Of a stretch of 53,427 nt of DNA, positions 8,507 through 15,975 are shown one piece after another. The notes beneath the pieces were generated by a model that made no database searches, was not told where the DNA came from, and worked only from the letters and a program-made list of their open reading frames with translations. Position numbers and translations under genes: made by a program. The DNA is taken from the sequence record SRR2962707_3662. One strand, written 5' to 3'. Every line of letters begins with the position of its first letter. Within the stretch, counting starts at the first letter, position 1.

Positions 8507-9066
8507 GACTTCACCCGCTGACGCAGCTCGGCCATGATCTCGTTGATGATCGCCACGTCGGTTTCGCCATCGCCGCGCACAGCGTCTTCGGCGAATTCCG
8601 CCATGGATTTCAGCACCGCCGCCGCAGCGCCTGAAAGACGCAAAGTCACCATCGCGGCGGGTGGAGTGCTGTCGGCACCGAGTTGATCGTGATCTTCGCT
8701 AAAGAGCTTCAGGATCGCTTCGCCGGCTTCTTCCTCGTCTTCCGTCAACATCGAACAGTCGGCTGTGCGCCCGTACTGGCTAATCCACTCGTCGAGGCTG
8801 AGCGGTTTGAGTTCGGGACGCAGCGCCATGATGCCGCGCGCAAGAGCGTGCAGCGCATTTTCGCGCTCGCCCGCCTCTTCCCATCGGCGCAACACCTCAT
8901 AAAGGTCTTCGGGATAGAGGTCTTCGGGGCGCGCCGTCACGACGGTCCCGCCCGGGGCCTCGTCGTCTTCGAGCATGTCTGCATAGGAAGCGGCGATGAA
9001 GCGCGCCTGCTGTTCGAGCGGAAGCCCGGTCAGGATTTTGGCGATACTCTCGTGAAGGGCGGTCAT
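8503..9066 (-). CDS. Hypothetical acidic phage protein
   Basis: ATGA coupling at both ends. Confidence 0.65.
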   Translation of the reverse strand: MTALHESIAKILTGLPLEQQARFIAASYADMLEDDEAPGGTVVTARPEDLYPEDLYEVLRRWEEAGERENALHALARGIMALRPELKPLSLDEWISQYGRTADCSMLTEDEEEAGEAILKLFSEDHDQLGADSTPPAAMVTLRLSGAAAAVLKSMAEFAEDAVRGDGETDVAIINEIMAELRQRVKS

Positions 9067-9434
9067 GCCGCACACCGCGCGCAGCGGCAGACATCGTCGG
9101 CGAGGAATTCAGCGGCGAGGGCATCAGCGTCAGCGCCCGCGAGCACGCGGCGGTAGAACGTCTGCGCGGCGTCATGGGCGTAGAACAGGCGCATGCGCTG
9201 GTCGTGAAAGAAGCGGAGCATGGAGCCATCCTCCCCCTTGCCTTCGGGGCGGTAGCGCGCGTCGCCCGCCCGCTTCCCGAAGACGCGCTCCAATTCCCTC
9301 TGCCATGCATCGTCAGCAGCCCCGAAGGCCGCGCGGGCGGCGGTGTGGACGCGGAGCGCGGCGGCGGCCGAGCGCTTGTGGCGGGCCTCCTCTTCGGTTC
9401 CGGGTGTCTTGTCCAGCGTGTTCGCGACGTGCAT
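9063..9434 (-). CDS. Hypothetical protein, first gene of the leftward early operon
   Basis: MHVANTLDK start with RBS AAGGGAGA. Confidence 0.7.
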   Translation of the reverse strand: MHVANTLDKTPGTEEEARHKRSAAAALRVHTAARAAFGAADDAWQRELERVFGKRAGDARYRPEGKGEDGSMLRFFHDQRMRLFYAHDAAQTFYRRVLAGADADALAAEFLADDVCRCARCAA

Positions 9435-9544
9435 TCCATCTCTCCCTTGGTTCCGGCTGACCCCGGCGGCGGTGGGGCTTGGGGCGAGCGCGCCGCCGGG
9501 GTGCCGTTGCATCGCCGCGCGGGGGGCAGGGCGGCGATGGGGAA

Positions 9545-9586
9545 ACAATGAACAAAACGTTCTTAATCGTCAAGAACAAAATGTTC
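9545..9586 (-). promoter_or_regulatory. PL promoter with two repressor operators (OL)
   Basis: -35 TTGACG (9573-9568), 17 bp spacer, -10 CATTGT (9550-9545). Palindromes GAAC-N5-GTTC at 9550-9562 and 9574-9586. Confidence 0.8.
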
Positions 9587-9690
9587 ATCACCGGGAACAA
9601 GATTTCTGTGGCTGTGATTCGGGGAGTGGGCTTTTAATATGGGGAAGGGAAAGCGCGGGCTCGGCACGAGCGCGCGAACGCGGGGGAGAT

Positions 9691-10149
9691 ATGCTGGAAG
9701 CAATCGGATACGGCGGTCAGCTCCGCCTGGGGGAAGACAATCTTGTCATCAGCCGCAAGGGGCTTATGGGGTTTCTGTCTCAGGGGATGAAGGGCGACAA
9801 GGAAATCAGCCTGGAGCACATATCCTCCGTCCAGTTCAAGGCGGCGGGAACCCTGATGAACGGATACATCCAGTTTGCCTTTGTCGGCGGAACGGAAAAT
9901 CAGGCTGGGATATTCGGTGCCACGGCGGACGAAAACAGCGTGATGTTCACGGCTTCGCAACAGCCGGAATTCGAGATCATGCGGGATGCGATCAAAGCGC
10001 GCATCGCCGCCATCCGAGCGGGGCGGGGAGGCGCAGCGGCCGCGACGTCGGCAGCCGACGAGATCGCGAAGCTGGCAAAGTTGCGGGATGAAGACGTTCT
10101 GACGGAAGAAGAGTTTTTGGCTAAGAAGCGCCAGTTGCTTGGACTTTAG
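9691..10149 (+). CDS. DUF4429 (PH-like) + SHOCT domain protein
   Basis: KGDKEISLEHISSVQFKAAG..NGYIQF; C-terminal ADEIAKLAKLRDEDVLTEEEFLAKKRQLL (SHOCT). Confidence 0.85.
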   Translation: MLEAIGYGGQLRLGEDNLVISRKGLMGFLSQGMKGDKEISLEHISSVQFKAAGTLMNGYIQFAFVGGTENQAGIFGATADENSVMFTASQQPEFEIMRDAIKARIAAIRAGRGGAAAATSAADEIAKLAKLRDEDVLTEEEFLAKKRQLLGL

Positions 10150-10178
10150 GCATCAAGGGATGGCGGCGCGGAATTGCG

Positions 10179-10916
10179 CTACAGCCTGCGCGCAAACCAC
10201 ACGACGCGACCATGGATGACCGCATCTTCGGCGATGACCGAGTATTCCTTGAACCTCTTGTTCTCGCTAAATATGCGCAACATCGGCGGCTCGCTTCCGT
10301 GCTGCCGCTCGACCCACTTGCACACGACGCCGTCGCCATCCCAAAGCAGGAAAATCCCCGGCTCGGACACGTTCTTCTTGCGGATATCGACAAGGATCTG
10401 ATCGCCGCTATAGAGGATGTCCTCCATCGACTGGCCTTCGACCTCGGTCGAGAGGAGGTCTTTCGCTGACGCCCGGAGGGCTGCGATCAGCGATGCCTCG
10501 ATGTAGCGCGGCGGCCCGAATGCCTCTGGCGGCAGACTGCCGCCGCCCATACCTGCCTTCGTCTCCAGATATGCAACCGGCTCATAATGCGCCGGCATGT
10601 CCGGCATATCCGGAAGGTCGGGTGTGTTTCCCAGATGCATTTCGGCTTCTTCGCCGCGGCGCCCGGATGCACCCTTGTTCAATGCCCCCCGCTTCGCCTC
10701 AATCATTATGGCCTTGCCGCCGAAGTTGAACAGAAAGTCCGGCGTTGTATTCAGGGCGTCGCACATTTTACGAAGCAGGCCGAAGTCAGGCTGCCGCTCG
10801 TCGTTCAGGTAGTAACTGAACCGTCGAGGGCTGATGCCAACACTCCGCGCGATCTCGGCTTCGGATTTGCCGGTCGCTGCGACGCTGGCGCGTAGGTTCT
10901 GACCGAATGTTTTCAT
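10179..10916 (-). CDS. cI: CI-like repressor (XRE HTH + S24 peptidase)
   Basis: N-terminal HTH (FGQNLR..SEAEIARSVGIS), Ala-Gly site KAGMG, catalytic Ser in EGQSM and Lys in VCKWV. Confidence 0.93.
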   Translation of the reverse strand: MKTFGQNLRASVAATGKSEAEIARSVGISPRRFSYYLNDERQPDFGLLRKMCDALNTTPDFLFNFGGKAIMIEAKRGALNKGASGRRGEEAEMHLGNTPDLPDMPDMPAHYEPVAYLETKAGMGGGSLPPEAFGPPRYIEASLIAALRASAKDLLSTEVEGQSMEDILYSGDQILVDIRKKNVSEPGIFLLWDGDGVVCKWVERQHGSEPPMLRIFSENKRFKEYSVIAEDAVIHGRVVWFARRL

Positions 10917-11000
10917 GAACAGATTGTTCGGCAAGCCGTGTTTGCGGTATATGAACGAATTGTTCTTGCCAAATGAGAACGAATTGTTCATGCTCCGCAC
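10917..11000. promoter_or_regulatory. OR region: three operators plus divergent PR/PRM
   Basis: GAAC-N5-GTTC at 10917-10929, 10953-10965 and 10977-10989. PR: -35 TTGCCA 10966-10971, 17 bp spacer, -10 CATGCT 10989-10994. Confidence 0.85.
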
Positions 11001-11237
11001 ATGAACACCTTTCCCATCATCAGCAAGCTCGGCGGCCGTGAAGCAACCTTCTCGAAACTGCAGTCACGCGGATTCGACAAGGGGCTCGATGCCTTGCGCA
11101 TGTGGCACTCCCGCCGACGCATCCCGGGGGACGCAATCACGCTCCTGATGAAGACTGCGGACGAAGAGGGGATCGAGTACTCCGCTGCCGATTTCGAGTT
11201 CTGCGAGGATCGCGAACCGGAGGCTGCGCATGCGTGA
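11001..11237 (+). CDS. cro: Cro-like repressor
   Basis: Small protein divergent from cI; IISKLGG..ALRMW.SRRRIP. Confidence 0.8.
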   Translation: MNTFPIISKLGGREATFSKLQSRGFDKGLDALRMWHSRRRIPGDAITLLMKTADEEGIEYSAADFEFCEDREPEAAHA

Positions 11238-11243
11238 CAGCCC

Positions 11244-11543
11244 TCAATCGATTGCCGCTGGCGCTGCGCCTGGCGCTGAAGGAAGACCATCTCTCGGTGT
11301 CTGGCAATGCGGACAGACCTTTGCCTCGCGGCGCAGGATCTCCGCACACGCTTCGCAGCGCGTTTCGAATGCAAGCGGCCTGCGCTTCGTGGAGAGCGCG
11401 ATCGGGACCGCGAACACACCAAAGACGATGCCGCCGAAAAACCCGGCGGCGGCGCTGTTGCCGCGGTTGGCCATGATGACGGCGGCCGTGATGGCCGACA
11501 CGATCCAGATAAAAATCAATGCCGTCTCGAACATGGCGATCAT
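11244..11543 (-). CDS. Membrane protein with C-terminal zinc ribbon
   Basis: Two TM helices, then CEACAE.....AKVCPHC; RBS GGGGAG. Confidence 0.8.
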   Translation of the reverse strand: MIAMFETALIFIWIVSAITAAVIMANRGNSAAAGFFGGIVFGVFAVPIALSTKRRPLAFETRCEACAEILRREAKVCPHCQTPRDGLPSAPGAAPAAID

Positions 11544-11611
11544 CGGACTTCTCCCCCGTGGTGGTTTCGGCGCCAGTTTGGCCCGGACGGGCCGCGAAAG
11601 CGAGTGCGGCC

Positions 11612-12910
11612 ATGTCTGACCGCCAGCCCGCCACACCCGAAAACCTCCCTCCCGGCTTCAATGACTGGGAGATGAACCTTGTTGCCGACGCGCAAAAGGA
11701 TGCGGCGGGGCGGTGGGTGCTGATCGACCGGCTGGCGGAGGGAAAGTCCCTGTTCGAGCCCGCCCTGTTCTGGGCTGCCGCCAAGGCCGCCGGCCTCTCG
11801 CGAGGGACGGTCAACAACCGGCTGTCTATCCACAAGCGGTTCCCGGTTTCCCGCCGGCGGGAAAATCTCCTGCCTGCGATCCACGATGAATTCCGCAAGC
11901 TGGACGATGCCCTGACGCTCGCCGCTCTGGATCGCGCGGAAGAACATCGCTGGACCCGCGAGCAATGCCGGATGCGGGTGAAGGCGTTCAAGGGCGGTGA
12001 CGCCCAGGCGCTCGAGCCGACATGGACCCCGCCCCCGGTGAGGGCAAAACAGCAGAATGCCGCCGATGCCGAGACGCCACCCGTCGCCAGCGAGGATGGT
12101 GACGGCAAGGCGGTGTTCGAGAGCACTGCCGCAGGCGCCGCGATGTCGGCGGAAGAGCGTCGCGAAGTGCGGGACGCATATGCCGAACAGAACTTCGCAA
12201 ATGGCAACGACTTCTTCGAGAAGATCGCGGCGACCATCGAACGAAAGGGCGATCCCTCGCGGTTCTCTCGCGAATGCGATCTGAAGCGCCTCAACCCGAA
12301 GCGCGCGCGGGCGCTGGCGGAGTTCTTTATCGAGGTCGCCGCTGCCGCCGAGATGGCACAGACGGGGGCGCTGGGCGGTGTTGCCGCCGGCAATGACGGA
12401 GACAGGTTTGCGGCCTATCTGCCGGAGGCGCGCGCGGCGATCGTCCGGGAGGAAAATGCTTCCGTCTCGTTCCTGCAGCGGCGCATGCAGATCAATTTCA
12501 ACACGGCGGCGCGTCTGATGGAGATGCTGGAAGAGGAGGGTGTGGTATCCGCACCCGACCTGTCCGGCAAACGCGCCGTACTGAAACCTGCAACGGAAGA
12601 CTTCACTGCCCCGGAAGGAGGCCCAGGCGGCCGCGAGCGTCTCGGTAGAGCAAACACAAGCGAGGATGATGTGGCAGCCGGTGGCGGTGAACCGCGCATT
12701 GCATCTGTCCAATCCTCGCCTCTCGCGGAAAAATTCGACGGCGTTGACGATTTCGTCGACGGCGTTACTCAAACCGGAAACTCAACTGCACCGGCTCCCG
12801 GTGCGGATGGCGGGGACGGTCTGGAAATTCCGTCCTTCCTTCGGCGCGGTCATGAGGACTGCGCCGCCGATGCAGGGCAGCAGCGGGAGGGAGCCTCCGG
12901 CGATGCCTGA
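11612..12910 (+). CDS. FtsK-gamma (winged helix) domain protein with FtsZ-tail-like motif
   Basis: ASVSFLQRRMQINFNTAARLMEMLEEEGVVSAPDLSGKRAVL is FtsK gamma; LEIPSFLRR lies near the C-terminus. Confidence 0.8.
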   Translation: MSDRQPATPENLPPGFNDWEMNLVADAQKDAAGRWVLIDRLAEGKSLFEPALFWAAAKAAGLSRGTVNNRLSIHKRFPVSRRRENLLPAIHDEFRKLDDALTLAALDRAEEHRWTREQCRMRVKAFKGGDAQALEPTWTPPPVRAKQQNAADAETPPVASEDGDGKAVFESTAAGAAMSAEERREVRDAYAEQNFANGNDFFEKIAATIERKGDPSRFSRECDLKRLNPKRARALAEFFIEVAAAAEMAQTGALGGVAAGNDGDRFAAYLPEARAAIVREENASVSFLQRRMQINFNTAARLMEMLEEEGVVSAPDLSGKRAVLKPATEDFTAPEGGPGGRERLGRANTSEDDVAAGGGEPRIASVQSSPLAEKFDGVDDFVDGVTQTGNSTAPAPGADGGDGLEIPSFLRRGHEDCAADAGQQREGASGDA

Positions 12911-13014
12911 AATCCACCTCGGTCACATTCCCGAAACACGCGGCTTCGTCTGCCAGGACCTCCGCGCGCTTCACGTGACCGATTACCACGTCGATGTTTT
13001 TCCCATCGTTCATA

Positions 13015-13030
13015 TGTTTCCCGTGAAACA
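13015..13030. promoter_or_regulatory. parS-like palindrome
   Basis: TGTTTCCCGTGAAACA, 15/16 match to the chromosomal parS TGTTTCACGTGAAACA. Confidence 0.6.
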
Positions 13031-13092
13031 TTCCCGGAACATCCATGTCACTCGTCTCCATACGGATCAACGTATGAAACGAGGGTTCCGCG

Positions 13093-13521
13093 ATGCAGGA
13101 ATTTCCGTCCACGGATCGGGAAAATCAGGACGCCAACGAGGAATCGCAGGCGGTGATTGAAGTTAGCGCCGAACACGTGCTGCAGGATTTGCAGCGAATG
13201 GTGCGTGAGGCGGCCGGAAAGCCGGAAGGCTGGGGCTGCAACAAGGTCAAGGTCGGGATCGATCGCGCCGCGCGGGCGCTCGGCATCCCGGCGCGTGAGG
13301 CCAAGGCCTGGTGGTACCGGGAGCGGGGCGAACCTCCGCACTCCTACTACATGGCCATCAAGGCGAGATACGAGGCGTGGTGCGCGCGCGAAGCGCGGAA
13401 GAACGCCATCCACAGGGAAATCCTCGACGCGCGGATTGGCGCGCACAGGCAGGGCAAGGATGCGGATCATCAATATTCACCTCGCGAAAATGTGCCGGAC
13501 AATAGGCGAATGGCACGTTGA
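13093..13521 (+). CDS. Putative CII-like HTH regulator
   Basis: RAARALGI..REAKAWWYRE HTH-like segment; position downstream of cro. Confidence 0.55.
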   Translation: MQEFPSTDRENQDANEESQAVIEVSAEHVLQDLQRMVREAAGKPEGWGCNKVKVGIDRAARALGIPAREAKAWWYRERGEPPHSYYMAIKARYEAWCAREARKNAIHREILDARIGAHRQGKDADHQYSPRENVPDNRRMAR

Positions 13522-13642
13522 TCGCGCCGATGTGTGGAAGAGGCGCGCCGATGCGTTTGACGCGCGGGCATCTGTCCTGACCTCGGACAATATCGCGCGC
13601 ATCGAACCCTACGAGCGGGAGAAGCACGGGGGGCTGAAGTGA
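13460..13642 (+). CDS. Hypothetical protein
   Basis: MRIINIHLAK...; GTGA coupling to the next gene. Confidence 0.5.
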   Translation: MRIINIHLAKMCRTIGEWHVDRADVWKRRADAFDARASVLTSDNIARIEPYEREKHGGLK

Positions 13643-13857
13643 GCCGGAAGAAACCCGTCAAGCTCCGGACGCTTACGCTTTACCGCGACGACAGCACCAC
13701 GCAAGTGGTGTTCGAGAACGTGAAGCACTTCTTCTGGACCGCGAACAGCTCGGTCCTGTCGATTGCGCAAGTGACCGACCGGAAATCGGGAGCACACCAT
13801 TACATCCACTGGCCGCGCGAGCGGTTTTGTTGGTACCGCGACGAGGCACAGTCATGA
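13639..13857 (+). CDS. Hypothetical protein
   Basis: Coupled ORF. Confidence 0.65.
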   Translation: MSRKKPVKLRTLTLYRDDSTTQVVFENVKHFFWTANSSVLSIAQVTDRKSGAHHYIHWPRERFCWYRDEAQS

Positions 13858-14156
13858 CCGGCTGGCCGCAGAACGCCTATGTGGGGCAGAGGGTCGTCTC
13901 CATCACGGCGGAATGGGTGGAACCGGCGACCGGCAAGGACGCTACCGATCTTTGCCCCTCGCTGGACGAGGTGGCGACAATCCGGAGCATTCACGTCTGG
14001 GAGAAGTTCATCTGCTTCGAACTGGACGAGTATTCCCGGTCCATTGGTTTTGCCGCCGTCGGCTTCCGCCCCGTGAAAGACACGACTGCCGCCGTCGAGA
14101 AAATCAAACGTAACGCGCTGCGGCCTTCGCTGCCTGCCGGGGAGCCGGTGGCATGA
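13854..14156 (+). CDS. Hypothetical phage protein
   Basis: ATGA coupling; VGQRVV...FRPV motif. Confidence 0.7.
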   Translation: MTGWPQNAYVGQRVVSITAEWVEPATGKDATDLCPSLDEVATIRSIHVWEKFICFELDEYSRSIGFAAVGFRPVKDTTAAVEKIKRNALRPSLPAGEPVA

Positions 14157-14389
14157 TCCCCATTTCTGAAATCAGGAATAAGTGGTTCAGGCGCGCGCTG
14201 GTGATCGCGGCCGCGCCGGTGGCGTATGCAGTCTTTGGCATATTTCGCGCGTTTTTCCTTCTCTTGCTTCTGACCCTTCACCTGATCAGAGCCTTTCCAG
14301 CGGCGCTTGTCGGCATGACGGAGATTACGCGGTCCCGTCCACCACTCTGGAAGACTATTCGCAACGCATGGCGGGGCGGTGACGCATGA
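14153..14389 (+). CDS. Small membrane protein
   Basis: Hydrophobic; coupled on both sides. Confidence 0.6.
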   Translation: MIPISEIRNKWFRRALVIAAAPVAYAVFGIFRAFFLLLLLTLHLIRAFPAALVGMTEITRSRPPLWKTIRNAWRGGDA

Positions 14390-14748
14390 GACGCGAGGAA
14401 CAGAACGCGCAGATATCGGTGATGCAGTTCCTCGACGCTGCGCTGGTCCCGCCCGCTTTCGCTTTTCACGTCCCGAACGGGGGCAAGCGCAGCAAGGTCG
14501 AGGCCGCCATCCTCAAGGCGATGGGCGTCAAGGCCGGCGTGCCGGACGTCTTCGTGATCGCGCCCGGCAATACGGTGGTGGCGATCGAGATGAAGGCGGA
14601 GAAGGGCAGCGCGCGGAAGGACCAGGACCGCCGCATGGAAGACCTGCGCGCCTGCGGCATTCCGACCGCCGTCTGCCGGACGCTTGCCGAAGTGATCGAC
14701 GTCGTCGAAGCCGCTGGCATCCGCCTCAAGGGGAGGATCGCTGCGTGA
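14386..14748 (+). CDS. VRR-NUC domain nuclease (putative junction resolvase)
   Basis: FHVPNGGKRS, GVKAGVPD, IEMKAEKG..Q. Confidence 0.9.
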   Translation: MRREEQNAQISVMQFLDAALVPPAFAFHVPNGGKRSKVEAAILKAMGVKAGVPDVFVIAPGNTVVAIEMKAEKGSARKDQDRRMEDLRACGIPTAVCRTLAEVIDVVEAAGIRLKGRIAA

Positions 14749-15224
14749 TGCACCTGGGGGGGCTTTCCGAACGATTGATCCGGTGCTTCATCCTGTGGGC
14801 GCGTGCCCGCGCGCCCTACCGGCAGCCCGTAGTCACTTTCGACGGCAAATACAGCTTCTCCCGTTTCGAGTTTCTCTGGCCGGACGAATTCATCTCGCGC
14901 GGTGGTGAGCATTTCAACAGACCGCGGTGGTGGCGTCCTTTCAACATGATGCTCCACTGCTGGCGGCCGGACCATGCAGGCGAGACATTCCACGATCATC
15001 CGCGCTGGTCGGTGACGATTTGCCTGCGAGGTCAACTGACCGAGCTGACGCCGTGGCGTTCGCGCGTTCTGACGCCGGGCTCGGTGGTGATCCGGTCGCG
15101 GAAGTCCATTCACGCCTTTCAGGTGGCGCCCGAGCACCGGGGAAAGACCTGGACGCTTTTCATCGTCGGCAGGCGAAACCACCGGCAGAACCGATACCTC
15201 ATCCAACCTCAGGAGCTGTCATGA
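14748..15224 (+). CDS. Cupin-fold phage protein
   Basis: FNMMLH..FHDHPRWSVTICLRG..E..H motif. Confidence 0.7.
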   Translation: MHLGGLSERLIRCFILWARARAPYRQPVVTFDGKYSFSRFEFLWPDEFISRGGEHFNRPRWWRPFNMMLHCWRPDHAGETFHDHPRWSVTICLRGQLTELTPWRSRVLTPGSVVIRSRKSIHAFQVAPEHRGKTWTLFIVGRRNHRQNRYLIQPQELS

Positions 15225-15571
15225 AGAGCAAGGCCCCACAGAACACCGTCGATCATCCCGTGCATTACAACGCGCATCCGGCAGGCATCGAATGCATCGA
15301 TGTGGTCGAGCATTTCGGCTTCAACATCGGCAACGCGATCAAGTATCTGTGGCGGGCCGGGCTGAAGGGCGAGCGCACCGAGGATCTGAGCAAGGCGCGC
15401 TGGTACATCGAGCGCGAGCTTGAGAGGTCGGCGAAGGATGCACTGGCCCGCGCCGATGCGGCGGAGCGGGAACGCCGCGTTGCTGGAGCACGGCAGGCCG
15501 CCATCACCCGGAAGCAGAATGCCGCTCGTGCCGCGCGCGTGCTCGCCCGCAAGAAGGCGGGGCGGCGCTGA
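15221..15571 (+). CDS. DUF3310 protein (T7 gp1.7 nucleotide-kinase-like family)
   Basis: VDHPVHY..GIECIDV..FNIGNAIKYLWRAGLK..EDLSKARWY. Confidence 0.9.
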   Translation: MKSKAPQNTVDHPVHYNAHPAGIECIDVVEHFGFNIGNAIKYLWRAGLKGERTEDLSKARWYIERELERSAKDALARADAAERERRVAGARQAAITRKQNAARAARVLARKKAGRR

Positions 15572-15975
15572 TGCGAGTGACCGCCGCAGACCGGGACGAC
15601 GCGACGTTCGCGATCTTCGTCAAGGCCGCCTGCGAAGGCGTGCGATGCCCGAAGAACGACGATCTTCCCGCAGCGGCGGGCACGGGACGCCTCGCGCGGG
15701 CCGGCCGCATCCGCGTCGAGGTCTACGAGCACAACTACCGCGTTGTCGAAATCCGCGCGGGCGACCACACGGGCAAGCGGACGGCGGAGCATCCCTCCGG
15801 GCGCAAGCCTTACCGCGTCATCGACGAGAAAGGCGACCAGTGGGTGAGCCGGACGGTGGTGGGCGCACTGCCAACAGTTCGGCATGTTCCCCGCAAGAGA
15901 GACACGGACGCGCTGGCCCCGCCGAGCGTCACGCTGCCGAGGGTGAAGTTTATTGAAGGCAAGGAACGAACATGA
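15571..15975 (+). CDS. Hypothetical phage protein
   Basis: TGATG coupling. Confidence 0.7.
   Translation: MRVTAADRDDATFAIFVKAACEGVRCPKNDDLPAAAGTGRLARAGRIRVEVYEHNYRVVEIRAGDHTGKRTAEHPSGRKPYRVIDEKGDQWVSRTVVGALPTVRHVPRKRDTDALAPPSVTLPRVKFIEGKERT

Noticed and set aside
9550-10989. GAAC-N5-GTTC palindromes as LexA boxes
   Set aside because: Spacing fits neither the Firmicute (GAAC-N4-GTTC) nor the alpha (GTTC-N7-GTTC) box; positions fit CI operators.
12903-13160. ORFs on either strand over the parS-like region
   Set aside because: No recognisable motif, and I cannot decide which, if either, is real.
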